Below, piece after piece: positions 28,474-38,771 of a stretch of 64,000 nucleotides of DNA (its first letter is position 1; the number at the start of each line of letters is the position of its first letter). The notes beneath the pieces are model-generated. The model made no database searches, was not told the DNA's origin, and saw only the letters and a list, made by a program, of their open reading frames with translations. Source of the stretch: Anaerolineae bacterium (lineage in GTDB: Bacteria; Chloroflexota; Anaerolineae; B4-G1). The DNA lies in NCBI GenBank assembly GCA_041687115.1, contig JAWLCP010000001.1, forward strand, positions 22,283 to 86,282. Reading direction: 5' to 3'. The translations under genes were made by a program, and so were the position numbers.

Positions 28474-30933
28474 CTAGGTTGCTTGCTCTTCGTCCCTGAC
28501 CGTCTCGTCGCCGAGTACCGCCACCGAGACGATCTCATCGCCATCCTTGAGGTCCATCACCGTTACTCCCCGTGCCGCGCGACCCAATCGCGAGATCTCG
28601 TTCGCACGGGTGCGAAGTGCGATGCCCCTTGCTGTGATGAATGTGATCTCTTCGTCGGGGTGTACCACGCGGGCGGTGGCCACAGTCCCTGCGTCCTTTC
28701 CCTTGAAGCAGAGTACGCCCTTCGTATACCGTCCTTGCACGCGGAACTCGCTCAGCGGCGTGCGCTTCCCATATCCTTTGGTCGTAACCGTCAGAAGATC
28801 AGCTTGAGGATCCACGATACACGCGCTGACCACCTGATCGCCCTGCTCCAGTCTGATAGCGTATACTCCCATAGCGTTTCGTCCAACAGGTCGCACCTCT
28901 TTCTCTCGAAACCGCAGCCCTTGACCTTGCTCGGTCACGACGATCAGTTCCTGGCTGCCTTGAGTGCGTCGGACCCAACCCAATTCATCTCCGGACTCCA
29001 GTCGAATCGCGATCAGGCCGCTGGGGCGTACGTCTTTGAACTCGCTCAACGCCGTGCGCTTGACTCGCCCCTGCCGCGTGAACATCGTCAGATAGCCCTC
29101 TTCTCGGAAGTCCGACACGGCGACTGCCGAGGTGATCTGCTCGTCGGCATCAAGGCTGATGAGCCCCACCAGTAAGTCGCCCTCAGAAGTGCGTCCGGCA
29201 CCGGGAATCTCGTAGGCGCGCTTCTGATAGACCTTGCCCTTATCACTGAAGAAGAGAATCGAATCCAGAGTGTGAGCTGGGAAGAAGTGGAGAACTTCAT
29301 CTCTCTCTCGTGTGTCCACGCCAATCACGCCTCGCCCTCCACGGCGCTGCGTGCGGTAGACGTCCATCGGCACTCGCTTGATGTATCCTCGCTCTGTAAT
29401 GGAAATGAATACGTCTTCCTCGGCAATCAGATCTTCCTCATCCAGTTCTGCATCTCCACTGATGATACGCGTGCGGCGCTCGTCGCCGTAATTCTCTTCC
29501 AGTTCGGCGAGTTCATCCTTGATGAGCCGAAGGATTTCGTGCGGCGATTCCAGCAGGTTCCTCAACTGCTCGATCTGATTGCCCAACTCTGCGTACTCAT
29601 CCTGAACCTTCTGGCGCTCCAGCGCTGCCAGACGACGCAACGGCATGTCGAGAATTGCCTCCGCTTGTACCTCTGTCAGCGTGAAGCGTTCCATCAACCG
29701 CTCTCGCGCAGTGCTCACGTCTGGCGACTGTCGGATTGTCTTGATGACAGCGTCCAGGTGGTCGAGCGCTATGAGCAACCCCTCCAGAACGTGAGCCCGG
29801 CGCTGTGCTTTGTCCAGATCGTAGCGAGTACGCCGGATTAGCACATCGCGCCGGTGCTCGATGTACCGCTGAAGCGCACGCTTAAGGCTCAGCAACTGCG
29901 GTTCGTTGTCGACCAGGGCTAGCATCTGTGCGCCGAACGTGCTTTGCAGGGGCGTGTACTTGAACAAGCGGTTGAGCGCCTTGCGGGGCTGGGCGCCGGA
30001 CTTCAGTTCGATGATGATGCTGAGACCATGGCGATCGGATTCGTCACGAAGGTCGGAGATGCTCGTCAGTCGATCGGAGCGGACGAGCTTCGCGATCCGT
30101 TCTAACAGCGTGGTCTTGTTGATCTGGTATGGAATCTCGGTGACTACGATGCGATGCCGTCCATTGTCCATCTCTTCAATGGCCGCTTTCGCCCGCATGA
30201 TGATCCGGCCTCGCCCCGTAGCATACGCCTGAATGATTCCCTCACGCCCGACGATGATGCCTCCCGTCGGGAAGTCGGGACCGTTCACGTATGTCATCAG
30301 ATCGTCGAGCGTCACCTCGTCCGGTGCATGCCAGTGATCGATGAAGTGACGGATAGCGTTGCAGATCTCTGTCAGGTTGTGAGGGGGTATGTTGGTCGCC
30401 ATCCCGACGGCGATGCCAGCCGACCCATTGATCAGCAGATTGGGAAGGCGGGCTGGTAATACTTTCGGCTCCTGAAGAGAGCCATCGAAGTTGTCGATCC
30501 AGTCGACAGTGTCCTTGTCGATGTCCTGCAGGAGCTCGGTGGCAATGCCATCCAGACGAGCTTCGGTGTAGCGCATTGCTGCGGGACTGTCTCCATCGAT
30601 TGAGCCGAAGTTGCCCTGTCCATCGACCAGCGGATAGCGGAGACTGAAGTCCTGAGCCATCCTGGCCATCGCATTGTAGACAGCGGCATCGCCGTGGGGA
30701 TGATACTTCCCCAGCACCTCGCCTACGATGCGAGCGGATTTCTTGTGAGAGCGATCGGGACGCAGCCCCAGATCGTGCATCGCATACAGAATGCGGCGTT
30801 GAACCGGCTTGAGACCGTCGCGGGCGTCGGGCAAAGCACGCGAGACGATGACGCTCATCGCGTAATCCAGATAAGCGCTGCGCATCTCGCGCTCGATGTC
30901 TATGGGCTGTACTGTGCCAATCTCAGCTTCCAA
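28474..30933 (-). CDS. gyrA: DNA gyrase subunit A
   Basis: [11 protein letters not shown]...[24 protein letters not shown] region with catalytic Tyr ([10 protein letters not shown]), plus C-terminal beta-pinwheel repeats. Confidence 0.9.
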   Translation of the reverse strand: MEAEIGTVQPIDIEREMRSAYLDYAMSVIVSRALPDARDGLKPVQRRILYAMHDLGLRPDRSHKKSARIVGEVLGKYHPHGDAAVYNAMARMAQDFSLRYPLVDGQGNFGSIDGDSPAAMRYTEARLDGIATELLQDIDKDTVDWIDNFDGSLQEPKVLPARLPNLLINGSAGIAVGMATNIPPHNLTEICNAIRHFIDHWHAPDEVTLDDLMTYVNGPDFPTGGIIVGREGIIQAYATGRGRIIMRAKAAIEEMDNGRHRIVVTEIPYQINKTTLLERIAKLVRSDRLTSISDLRDESDRHGLSIIIELKSGAQPRKALNRLFKYTPLQSTFGAQMLALVDNEPQLLSLKRALQRYIEHRRDVLIRRTRYDLDKAQRRAHVLEGLLIALDHLDAVIKTIRQSPDVSTARERLMERFTLTEVQAEAILDMPLRRLAALERQKVQDEYAELGNQIEQLRNLLESPHEILRLIKDELAELEENYGDERRTRIISGDAELDEEDLIAEEDVFISITERGYIKRVPMDVYRTQRRGGRGVIGVDTRERDEVLHFFPAHTLDSILFFSDKGKVYQKRAYEIPGAGRTSEGDLLVGLISLDADEQITSAVAVSDFREEGYLTMFTRQGRVKRTALSEFKDVRPSGLIAIRLESGDELGWVRRTQGSQELIVVTEQGQGLRFREKEVRPVGRNAMGVYAIRLEQGDQVVSACIVDPQADLLTVTTKGYGKRTPLSEFRVQGRYTKGVLCFKGKDAGTVATARVVHPDEEITFITARGIALRTRANEISRLGRAARGVTVMDLKDGDEIVSVAVLGDETVRDEEQAT

Positions 30934-31024
30934 TGGAGTGGCCTCCGGGACGTCAGATGAGATGAATCTGCGACGATATTATACTCCGCATAGGCCAAAA
31001 CGTAAAACAAACGGGCCTCGACCT

Positions 31025-32626
31025 CTATCTCACGTGCTGCGCATCGGGGTGAACATATCGGTAGACGTCGACTCGTGTGAAGTGTGCCTCACTCACCCGC
31101 TGCAGGTGTTCGTCCAGCCAGCGCTGCACCAGGTTGCGTTCGTCCCACATCCCCACCTCGGTGGCCACCAGCCAGATTACCTTGTGGTCTTTGGTGATCT
31201 CTCTCATCCGCCAGGCTGCCTCTTGTTCGCTCATCTGATACCCTCCGTCTGGTGCTCGATGGTTCGTATAGGGGCCCTCCGCCCATGCATATGTCTCCAT
31301 CGGGAAGTAGTAGTCAAATGCATACCTTCCGTACGGGATTTGAAAGATGATCAGATCCTCGAATCTCGACTGCTCGGCCATGATAACCGGGAGGTACCAC
31401 CTGAATGGTGAATCCTTTACAGCGACAGGCGCCTCGACTGGTGGCGGCGGCTCGTCGTGGCTCGCCACGTATGCAGCCACGGCGCGGAAGTCGGATTTGA
31501 TCGGGGTCGTGGCCTGCCTCCAGACGTTGATTCCGTTAAGAGCCAGAACGATGATCAGCAGCCCCGCCCCCACCAGCCAGCTCCAGTTCTTGGGACGTGC
31601 AAAGGAGGTCAGGGCCAGCGCGACAAGCAGGTAGAACGGCGGTGTGGACCAGATGAGATACCGGTCGGTGAAAAGGGGCTGCCGCAATGAGATGAGCCAG
31701 ACAGAGATTAGCGGAGTCAACAGCCAGATCGACAGCGCCAGGCCATCGCTCGGGCGTTCCTCCCGTCTTGCCCTTTCTGTGGAGATCAGGGGCAGGCATG
31801 ACACTTGACTGAACAGCCCGGTTGCGGCCAACAGGGCCGCCAGCGCTGCTCCCCAAGTGCTCCCCCAGCCGGCTATACCCGTGGACCAGCCGTTCAGCAA
31901 GATCACGATCATCTGATCCAACGAGTAGGAGGTGAAGCCCGTCTCCCGGGTTTCCAGAGCTAGCGGGGCTTGCCAGGCGACCAACGGCAGATACGGCAAC
32001 GTAAGCACGGCCAGGCTGGTCAGGGCGCGTCTCCATTCTTCCCGCGTCCGAGACCACCATACCAGAGAGACCAGTACCTGGACGGGAATGAGTAGAGCGG
32101 CCAGGATGTGCGAATAGAAGGCCGCCGTCGTCGCCGCGATCTGGGTCAGCCACCAACCCCACTCTCCGCTCTCAAGCGCACGCCGCAGGCTGTAGATGGC
32201 CAATAAGCCTAAGGCCAGCACAAGAGAATACATCTTGACCTCTTGGCTGTACCAAACCAGATAAGGAGAGCTTGTCACCAGCAGAGCAGACAGGAGCCCA
32301 ACCGGGGAATTGAAGAGACGGCGGCCAAGCACGTAGATCAGCGGTATCGCGAGGATGCCAGGGATGAGGGAGGAGAAGCGCATCGCGTACTCGCTCGTTC
32401 CGGTGAATGCGATCCACCCGCGAAGCAGCAGATAGTAGAGAGGCCCGTTCCAGCCGGGCCGAGTGAAGTTGCTGAGTACCTCTGTCCAGGGGGCGATGGC
32501 GAAGCGAAGTGCATCGACTTCGTCTCGCCACAGGGATTGGGAATCCAGGGATGAAGCGCGCACGAAGAAGGCCCCCAACGCCAGGAGGCTGATCGCTGCA
32601 AGGTAGCGGGAGCGTGTTCGACTCAT
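31025..32626 (-). CDS. GT39/GT83-family (PMT_2, ArnT-like) membrane glycosyltransferase
   Basis: Polytopic membrane protein. The first periplasmic loop carries the DE motif (SLWRDEVD). Confidence 0.7.
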   Translation of the reverse strand: MSRTRSRYLAAISLLALGAFFVRASSLDSQSLWRDEVDALRFAIAPWTEVLSNFTRPGWNGPLYYLLLRGWIAFTGTSEYAMRFSSLIPGILAIPLIYVLGRRLFNSPVGLLSALLVTSSPYLVWYSQEVKMYSLVLALGLLAIYSLRRALESGEWGWWLTQIAATTAAFYSHILAALLIPVQVLVSLVWWSRTREEWRRALTSLAVLTLPYLPLVAWQAPLALETRETGFTSYSLDQMIVILLNGWSTGIAGWGSTWGAALAALLAATGLFSQVSCLPLISTERARREERPSDGLALSIWLLTPLISVWLISLRQPLFTDRYLIWSTPPFYLLVALALTSFARPKNWSWLVGAGLLIIVLALNGINVWRQATTPIKSDFRAVAAYVASHDEPPPPVEAPVAVKDSPFRWYLPVIMAEQSRFEDLIIFQIPYGRYAFDYYFPMETYAWAEGPYTNHRAPDGGYQMSEQEAAWRMREITKDHKVIWLVATEVGMWDERNLVQRWLDEHLQRVSEAHFTRVDVYRYVHPDAQHVR

Positions 32627-32641
32627 CGGCGAGCGGTTATC

Positions 32642-34927
32642 CTACGCGCGCTCGGCTCCTCCCGCTTCCCAGAACGTCTGTAGTGCAATGAACGGCACCG
32701 CTGGCTGTTGATCACCTCGTTTCCCGGAGTTCCACGTCATGATCAGGTCCCTCTTGGCGCGGGTGATGCCCACATACAGCAGCCTCATTCGTTCCGTAGC
32801 GTAACTGAAGCGCGCCTTGCGCGTCGCCTCGCCTTCCACGTAGGACGAGGCGCGCCCTTGAGCGTCCTCGGCGGTCTTTCCCACAGCGGCTCTCAGCTGT
32901 GCCAGCCCCTCTGCTTCCAGATTGAGGCTGTCGCGTACAAACCACCTCTCCGAGATAAACTGATCGTGTGGAAGCCCTGCAGGGAAGTTGTAGTTGTTGA
33001 CTGAAATCAGGTAGACTCGGTCCCATTCCAGGCCCTTTGCCTTATGCACCGTGCTCACCACGACCTGTCCCCTGTGATGTTCTGGGTTGAAACGAGTGTC
33101 CTCGTCGCTCAGCCCTAAGAAGCGGCGCTCGTTTCGCGCGATCACGGCCAGTTCCTCTGTCAGCTCCGGCAGGCGCCAGTCCGGGTGCCGTTCGCTTACG
33201 CGCCCCAGCACGACCGCCAGCTTGTGGGCCATAGCGAGGTCCACCGGCTCATCGAACAGATCCTGGGCCAGCGTGAGGATCAGTTGGTCGATGGGCAGCA
33301 GGGCTGCCTCGTGCCAGCGGCGTACCAACCGGCGAAACTCATCCAGATGCTCACGTATTCCCAACAGTTCGTCGGAGAATCCTGCATCATCCATCCAATC
33401 GCGTCCCACGCGCGGCCAGAGGAAACCCTCGACTCTACGGCACCTGCGGAGCGCCTGTGCAACCCTGTCCACCCGCCTCTGCGCGTCCGCGTCTTCACGA
33501 TCGTCTCTTCGCCACACACGGTAGACCCGGGCTAGCTTCGCCGCAGAGACGGGATCAGCCAGGTAATTGACTACGTTCCCCAAAGCCCCGGCGGTTTCGC
33601 GGGTAGCCCTCGTGCTCCGCAGCAGCTCCACGTGTTTAATCCCTCTACGCTCTAGTTCGTTGACCACCTGGAAGCCTCGCAGATTACGCGGCACCAGTAC
33701 GGCCACCGTTTGATCCACGTGATCCGGTAGCCAACGGGCTATTGAGTCCGCCACGGCGTGGATCTCTTCCTGTGGTGTGAATTTCCTTCCCACGATCTGC
33801 ACCTGACCATGTCTGTCGACCGGGTTGGGCTGGGGGTCACCCGGTGGCGTGGGTTCGATGTGGGGCGGCGTGAGGGCACCACGAACCGCTTCGACGGGAT
33901 GTTTCTCCTGCGTCCAATCAATGAGATAGTTGGCCAGATCGATGATGCTCTGGGTTGAGCGGCCAGAATTGGGCAGCTCGCGCCTTTCGACGTCGGCTCT
34001 CGCCAGGAACTCACGCAGGTGCTCAGGACTGGCGGTGGTGAAGGTCTCATAGATGGCCTGGTTAGGATCGCCCACGCGCACCCAGTTCCCGGCTGTGCCT
34101 GTACTCGTGGAAGGATCGGATCCTGCAAGAAGCGCCAGGATTCTCTGCTGGAGACGGCTGCTGTCCTGGGCCTCGTCCTCCAGGATGTACGGCCATCTCT
34201 GTCGCAACCGCTCCAGCAGATCCTGGTCCAGCTCCAACGCCTCGAGGGCGAGCCGGATCAGATCGTCGAAGTCGACCGCCCCGCGGTATACGAGTGCTCT
34301 CTGGTAGTCGGCATAGATTGCCCATCCCATCTCGGCCAGGGGCAGCGTCTGCAAATACCTGTCCAGGTGGTCCCGCAACTCGGCCGGCGTGAGCTGCCAG
34401 TCCTTGGCCTGTCTGATGAAGTTGGACGCGATGTTGGTGATCAGGTCTGGCCATTGGTCTCCACGCACCCACTCTCGTTGTCGCTCATCCAGGTCCAGTG
34501 CAAGGAAATCATTGATCATATCGGGATGGCTGCTCAGCCAGGCTTCCGCCGTGTCTCGCAGAATCCGGCCACTCTCCCGCTCATCGATGATCTGAAAGTC
34601 GTCTGACAGGGCGACCAGGGCTGGTCGCTCGCGGACGATGTCGTGCGCCAGGCCATGGAGCGTGCGCACCCGAAAGCCCAGATTTGGCAGCAACCCGTGC
34701 CCTGCCAAGAAGCCGGCTACCTGCCCGGCGAAGTTGTCGACGGCGGAGTTGACCAGAGTCACGACCAGCACCTCCTGGTCATCCCCGAGCGAATTGCCCG
34801 CGACCAGCCTCGCAGCCAGAGCCGAAAGCGTGACAGTCTTGCCACTACCGGGCACTGCCGCCACGCCCATCTTCCCGCCGGTGTAGTTCAGGACTTCCTG
34901 CTGCTTGGGTCGTGCCTCAAATGGCAT
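32642..34927 (-). CDS. UvrD/PcrA-family SF1 DNA helicase (all canonical motifs intact)
   Basis: Motif I AVPGSGKTVT, motif II ILEDEAQDS, motif VI VVVSTVHKAKGLEWDRV, and C-terminal YVGITRAKRDL. Its start overlaps the stop of the upstream helicase-like gene. Confidence 0.8.
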   Translation of the reverse strand: MPFEARPKQQEVLNYTGGKMGVAAVPGSGKTVTLSALAARLVAGNSLGDDQEVLVVTLVNSAVDNFAGQVAGFLAGHGLLPNLGFRVRTLHGLAHDIVRERPALVALSDDFQIIDERESGRILRDTAEAWLSSHPDMINDFLALDLDERQREWVRGDQWPDLITNIASNFIRQAKDWQLTPAELRDHLDRYLQTLPLAEMGWAIYADYQRALVYRGAVDFDDLIRLALEALELDQDLLERLRQRWPYILEDEAQDSSRLQQRILALLAGSDPSTSTGTAGNWVRVGDPNQAIYETFTTASPEHLREFLARADVERRELPNSGRSTQSIIDLANYLIDWTQEKHPVEAVRGALTPPHIEPTPPGDPQPNPVDRHGQVQIVGRKFTPQEEIHAVADSIARWLPDHVDQTVAVLVPRNLRGFQVVNELERRGIKHVELLRSTRATRETAGALGNVVNYLADPVSAAKLARVYRVWRRDDREDADAQRRVDRVAQALRRCRRVEGFLWPRVGRDWMDDAGFSDELLGIREHLDEFRRLVRRWHEAALLPIDQLILTLAQDLFDEPVDLAMAHKLAVVLGRVSERHPDWRLPELTEELAVIARNERRFLGLSDEDTRFNPEHHRGQVVVSTVHKAKGLEWDRVYLISVNNYNFPAGLPHDQFISERWFVRDSLNLEAEGLAQLRAAVGKTAEDAQGRASSYVEGEATRKARFSYATERMRLLYVGITRAKRDLIMTWNSGKRGDQQPAVPFIALQTFWEAGGAERA

Positions 34928-37205
34928 GCGTGGTCAGATCCGATCCACCAGCTGAGTCCGCGGGCTCAGCGGGCATCTCGCGTAACACCCGCTGTATGGC
35001 ATGCAGCAATGGGCCTTTCTGCTCATTGCCCTGTTCTCCCAGCTCGCTCAGGCCGAGATAGACCCTGCGGCGACAGCGCCGAATAAGCCCCTTCGTCAGG
35101 CGGTAGAGCGCCTCCTCGCGCGCCTCGACCTCATCCATGTCCGTCCAGGTCGTGTCTTGTCTATCGGGAGGGGGCCAGTGTCGGCTGAGCACATAGGGGT
35201 GGGTCAGAGGCTGATAGAGCCGCTCCCACCAGCCACGCCCGCCGACATTCAACCAGAACTCGTAGTCGACCGGCCGATTCCGGATGATGAAGGTGTAAGC
35301 GGGGGCCAGGAGCACCGCATCCTCTGGCTCCAGCTGCCAGCTGCGGATGTACTGGGCGGCGATCACACCGTCCTCTACCATCTGGATGTACTCTTCTCCT
35401 ACGGACGTTGGATTCTCTCCCGAAGCCCGGACCTCTTCCGTGGCCCAGCGGAACTTGCGGACTGACTCAATCAAGTTGGCGGCTACCTCGGCGGAGTCAT
35501 AATCCCGATGGAAGCCGTATCCTGGTTGCGATAGCAGTTCGCCGAACAACCGACTCAGGAAGTGGTCGAACAGCTGGCATCGCGGGCCACTTCCCGCCTG
35601 GGTCCCGTTGGAAGGCCCGCCGTGGTCGGTCTCTCCCGAATGTGAGGGAGCGGGGTCTCCAGGCCTCTCAGGCGTTGAGCTCGCGTAGCCCTTGATCCAA
35701 GCTCGCAATCCCTCGTATCGTTCCCCCAGGACGAAGGTCAGTCGCTCTTGCATCTCGGATCGAATACGGTCGAAGGAGCCGAGGCTGGGCACGTTGTTCT
35801 CTGTGCGATAGACGATGTCCGTCAACAGCTGCGCGCGCACGAGATCCATCCCCTCGATGGCCTGGATGAGTGCATGGGCCACATCGAAGCGGGTCGGCAC
35901 GATCCCCCATTCAGGGTGCGCGAGGACCGCCAACGTCAGCAGGCAGTGCGTGGCCGGCTCCTCCCGCAGGGCGCGCGATGGCCGGTGCGAGCGAGTGGGG
36001 ATGCCCAATCTCTCCAGCCGATTCGTGAGTGAGAAGCGCAGGGCGTCGCTGAGGAACGGAGCGAGCACGGCGATCTCCCCGGGTGGGACACTCTGTCCCT
36101 CCACCAGTGCGCAGACCTGCTCGGCGATCCAATCCAGCATCTCTGGATGGTAGCGGTGATACTCATAAACCAATGCCGGCCGCACGTCACCTGATGGTGT
36201 TGACGATGACGGTGGCCCATCCATGCTCTTGGTCAATTCGTGACTCAGGGTCTGCACTCCCGGAAGCATGACAAATGATTCCTTGAGCGCGGCGTGCTCC
36301 TCGCAACGATCACGGAGCGCGTAACCTCCCTCCGGGTCGGCACCCAGGAAGCGACGGTAACCTGCCTCGTGGTCGTAGATGAGGAACGCCGACTCCGCTG
36401 AAGGGATCCACTCGCGCAGCAGATCGTGGGTCACGGGCACATCGTCCTCGACGTTGTCGACCAGGATGTGGCGGTAACGACTCGTCAGGTAATCGCGACA
36501 GATGGGGCGTGTCCAGAGATGCTTGAGAAATACCTCAACCTGGAGTGAGAAGTCGAGCAAGCTGTGCTCCAGACAGTGGCGGCGGAAACGGCTTGCGCAG
36601 ATCTGCGCTTCCTCGTAGATGCGCTCACGACTTTGCTGACCTCCCCAGGCAGACTTCAGCCGTTCGCCGATCTCGGTGTACGGAAAACCGACCACGGCTG
36701 CCTTATTGAGGTTGTCGATGATCTGACTGCAGAGTCGGTTCCGGTCAATGGTCACGCTCTCGAAGTACCCCTGGTCGAGCAGCGGGCGCACCAGCCGTGC
36801 CATGTAATACTGCGCAGTCTCCAGCGTCAGGAATGTCGGCGGTTGTTGCGGATGCCCAAACCCGGCGCCCTCAGCGATCAGGGGCCAGAAGAGATCGACC
36901 ATCCGTTGGGCCAACCCGCCGATGGTGAGCAGGGTAATCTCACCCCCGGCGTCTATCTCCGGGCTCCTCGCTGCCTCATGGTACGGTGTGCCTAGGGTTC
37001 GCTGGGGGGTGAGCACCAGGATAGAATGGGCTGGGACACCGACGTCGAGGTAGTGGAGCAGCCGTGCCACGCCCGTGGTCGTCTTGCCCGCGCCAGCCGG
37101 GCCTTCGAGAAATATCTTGCTGGAGATGGGATGCTCCACGAGCACCTGCTGGTGAGGGGATAGGTGTTCGATGCCTTGTACCGAGGATACGTGCTGCAGT
37201 GTCAT
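34917..37205 (-). CDS. UvrD-like helicase-related protein with degenerate motif II
   Basis: Walker A EGPAGAGKTT is retained. Motif II reads ILVDNVEDD instead of DExQD. No nuclease or Fe-S domain. Its last 11 nt overlap the downstream helicase gene. Confidence 0.65.
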   Translation of the reverse strand: MTLQHVSSVQGIEHLSPHQQVLVEHPISSKIFLEGPAGAGKTTTGVARLLHYLDVGVPAHSILVLTPQRTLGTPYHEAARSPEIDAGGEITLLTIGGLAQRMVDLFWPLIAEGAGFGHPQQPPTFLTLETAQYYMARLVRPLLDQGYFESVTIDRNRLCSQIIDNLNKAAVVGFPYTEIGERLKSAWGGQQSRERIYEEAQICASRFRRHCLEHSLLDFSLQVEVFLKHLWTRPICRDYLTSRYRHILVDNVEDDVPVTHDLLREWIPSAESAFLIYDHEAGYRRFLGADPEGGYALRDRCEEHAALKESFVMLPGVQTLSHELTKSMDGPPSSSTPSGDVRPALVYEYHRYHPEMLDWIAEQVCALVEGQSVPPGEIAVLAPFLSDALRFSLTNRLERLGIPTRSHRPSRALREEPATHCLLTLAVLAHPEWGIVPTRFDVAHALIQAIEGMDLVRAQLLTDIVYRTENNVPSLGSFDRIRSEMQERLTFVLGERYEGLRAWIKGYASSTPERPGDPAPSHSGETDHGGPSNGTQAGSGPRCQLFDHFLSRLFGELLSQPGYGFHRDYDSAEVAANLIESVRKFRWATEEVRASGENPTSVGEEYIQMVEDGVIAAQYIRSWQLEPEDAVLLAPAYTFIIRNRPVDYEFWLNVGGRGWWERLYQPLTHPYVLSRHWPPPDRQDTTWTDMDEVEAREEALYRLTKGLIRRCRRRVYLGLSELGEQGNEQKGPLLHAIQRVLREMPAEPADSAGGSDLTTHAI

Positions 37206-37267
37206 CCAATTCTTTCTAGCCAGACCAGCCTGCGGACCAAACGTTTGCTCTGCATCTGACTGACAGC

Positions 37268-38698
37268 CTAGTCATGTGGCCTGCCACGGCCCTTCATGAA
37301 CAAGTACCCGACCAGCGACACCACGATAGTTGCTCCCGCAAGCAACCACGTCGAACCGGGCACGCGCTTCAACGCCCGCCATTTCCTGCCCAGCGATAGC
37401 TCTGTGATGAATCTGCCCGCCGTTCCAGGCTCCCTCTGGGCGGCCCCAATCCGATCCTTCAGGATCTCCTTGACCTCGCCGGAGGGCAGGAACGAGATGA
37501 TATCGGCCAGCACGGCGCCTTCCTGTCTCGTGACCGAAGGCTTCCCCTCCATCAGCTCGCGGTACGCCAGCACAGTCTGATCGACGACATTCGACCAGTC
37601 CAGATGGTCGACGCGCCGCCGTGCACTCTCACACAGGCTCTCATACTCCGGCTGCGGCAACCCGCAGATGTGCTCCACGCGGGCTGCGAATTCTTGTGGG
37701 GGGGCATCCTTCGGGACTCGACAGCCGACCGCACCGTCTACCAGCTCATCGATCGTCTCGTTCGAAAGACCGACCACCGGTGTTCCCGACGCCAGGGCCT
37801 CGATCACGACCAGGCTCTGCACTTCCATTTTCGACGCCGACACGAAGGCGTGGGTCTTCTCAAGATACGACGGAACCTCTTCATGCGGCACTTGGCCCGT
37901 GAAGACGACGTTGTCCAAACCCTGGGCTTCGCAGTGTCGCTTCAACTGCTTCTCATACTCTGGCTTCAATGCCTTGCCGATCAAGTAGAGCACGTACTGC
38001 TTTGGCAAATGTGAATGCGCGTCGATCAGATAGACCTGGTTCTTCCGCTCGCTGATGTAGCCGATGAAGGAGAGATTCTTCTCCACAGTGTCTGTATCAG
38101 CGCTGACGCAGGCCGCGTACCGTCTCAGATCTCGTCCGTTAGGGATGACGAACAACCTGCCATTGTACCCGAATTGACGCAGTGCTTCCCGCGCTGGCTC
38201 GTTCAAGGCGACGATGGCGTCACAGTTCTCATAGAAGTCCATTAGGATGCGGCGCGATATCGACTGGCTGAACGAGCCCTGCAGCATCTTCATGTCGAGG
38301 ACATCCGTGGCACCGAAGTCCAATGCCTTCGCCGGGAGCACGTGGCTGGTGTGCACGAACGGTACCATGTTCATCTTGGCCCATATCTGACCGATGAGTC
38401 CCATCAGTGCTGGCTCGTGAGCGTGGACGATGTCGGGGTTGAATTCGTCCAGGAAGTCAAAGGTGGCCCGCACCGTCCTTGCTGAGAGTGCTGGCATGCG
38501 GAATTCCCCGTCTCCTGCACTTCTGACGCCGAACACCCGCAAGTCGCTGTGCTCTTCCTTAAACAACCCTGTCTCGTCAGCAGGGCACATCATAACGACG
38601 TCGTGATGCTTGGAGAAGTGACTCGCCAGCTCGTGGGCGACGCGTCCCTCTCCGCCCCCCTCACCTTGTTCGAACAGCGAAATGAAAACGACTTTCAT
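37268..38698 (-). CDS. GT4-family glycosyltransferase with C-terminal TM anchor
   Basis: GT4 EX7E region (EVQSLVVIEALASGTPVV). The likely start is MKVVFISLFEQ; the upstream extension to 38809 looks non-coding. Confidence 0.75.
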   Translation of the reverse strand: MKVVFISLFEQGEGGGEGRVAHELASHFSKHHDVVMMCPADETGLFKEEHSDLRVFGVRSAGDGEFRMPALSARTVRATFDFLDEFNPDIVHAHEPALMGLIGQIWAKMNMVPFVHTSHVLPAKALDFGATDVLDMKMLQGSFSQSISRRILMDFYENCDAIVALNEPAREALRQFGYNGRLFVIPNGRDLRRYAACVSADTDTVEKNLSFIGYISERKNQVYLIDAHSHLPKQYVLYLIGKALKPEYEKQLKRHCEAQGLDNVVFTGQVPHEEVPSYLEKTHAFVSASKMEVQSLVVIEALASGTPVVGLSNETIDELVDGAVGCRVPKDAPPQEFAARVEHICGLPQPEYESLCESARRRVDHLDWSNVVDQTVLAYRELMEGKPSVTRQEGAVLADIISFLPSGEVKEILKDRIGAAQREPGTAGRFITELSLGRKWRALKRVPGSTWLLAGATIVVSLVGYLFMKGRGRPHD

Positions 38699-38771
38699 TC
38701 TCTCCTCGGTTCCTGTTGCTGAGCGCCAAAGGGGGCAGTGACCTGGTCGAGAACGACTTCGGCGGTGTGAC

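Noticed and set aside
34917-37205. Upstream helicase-like gene as AddB/RecC-type nuclease subunit
   Set aside because: There is no PD-(D/E)xK motif or Cys4 Fe-S cluster at the C-terminus, and 762 aa is too short for AddB/RecC.
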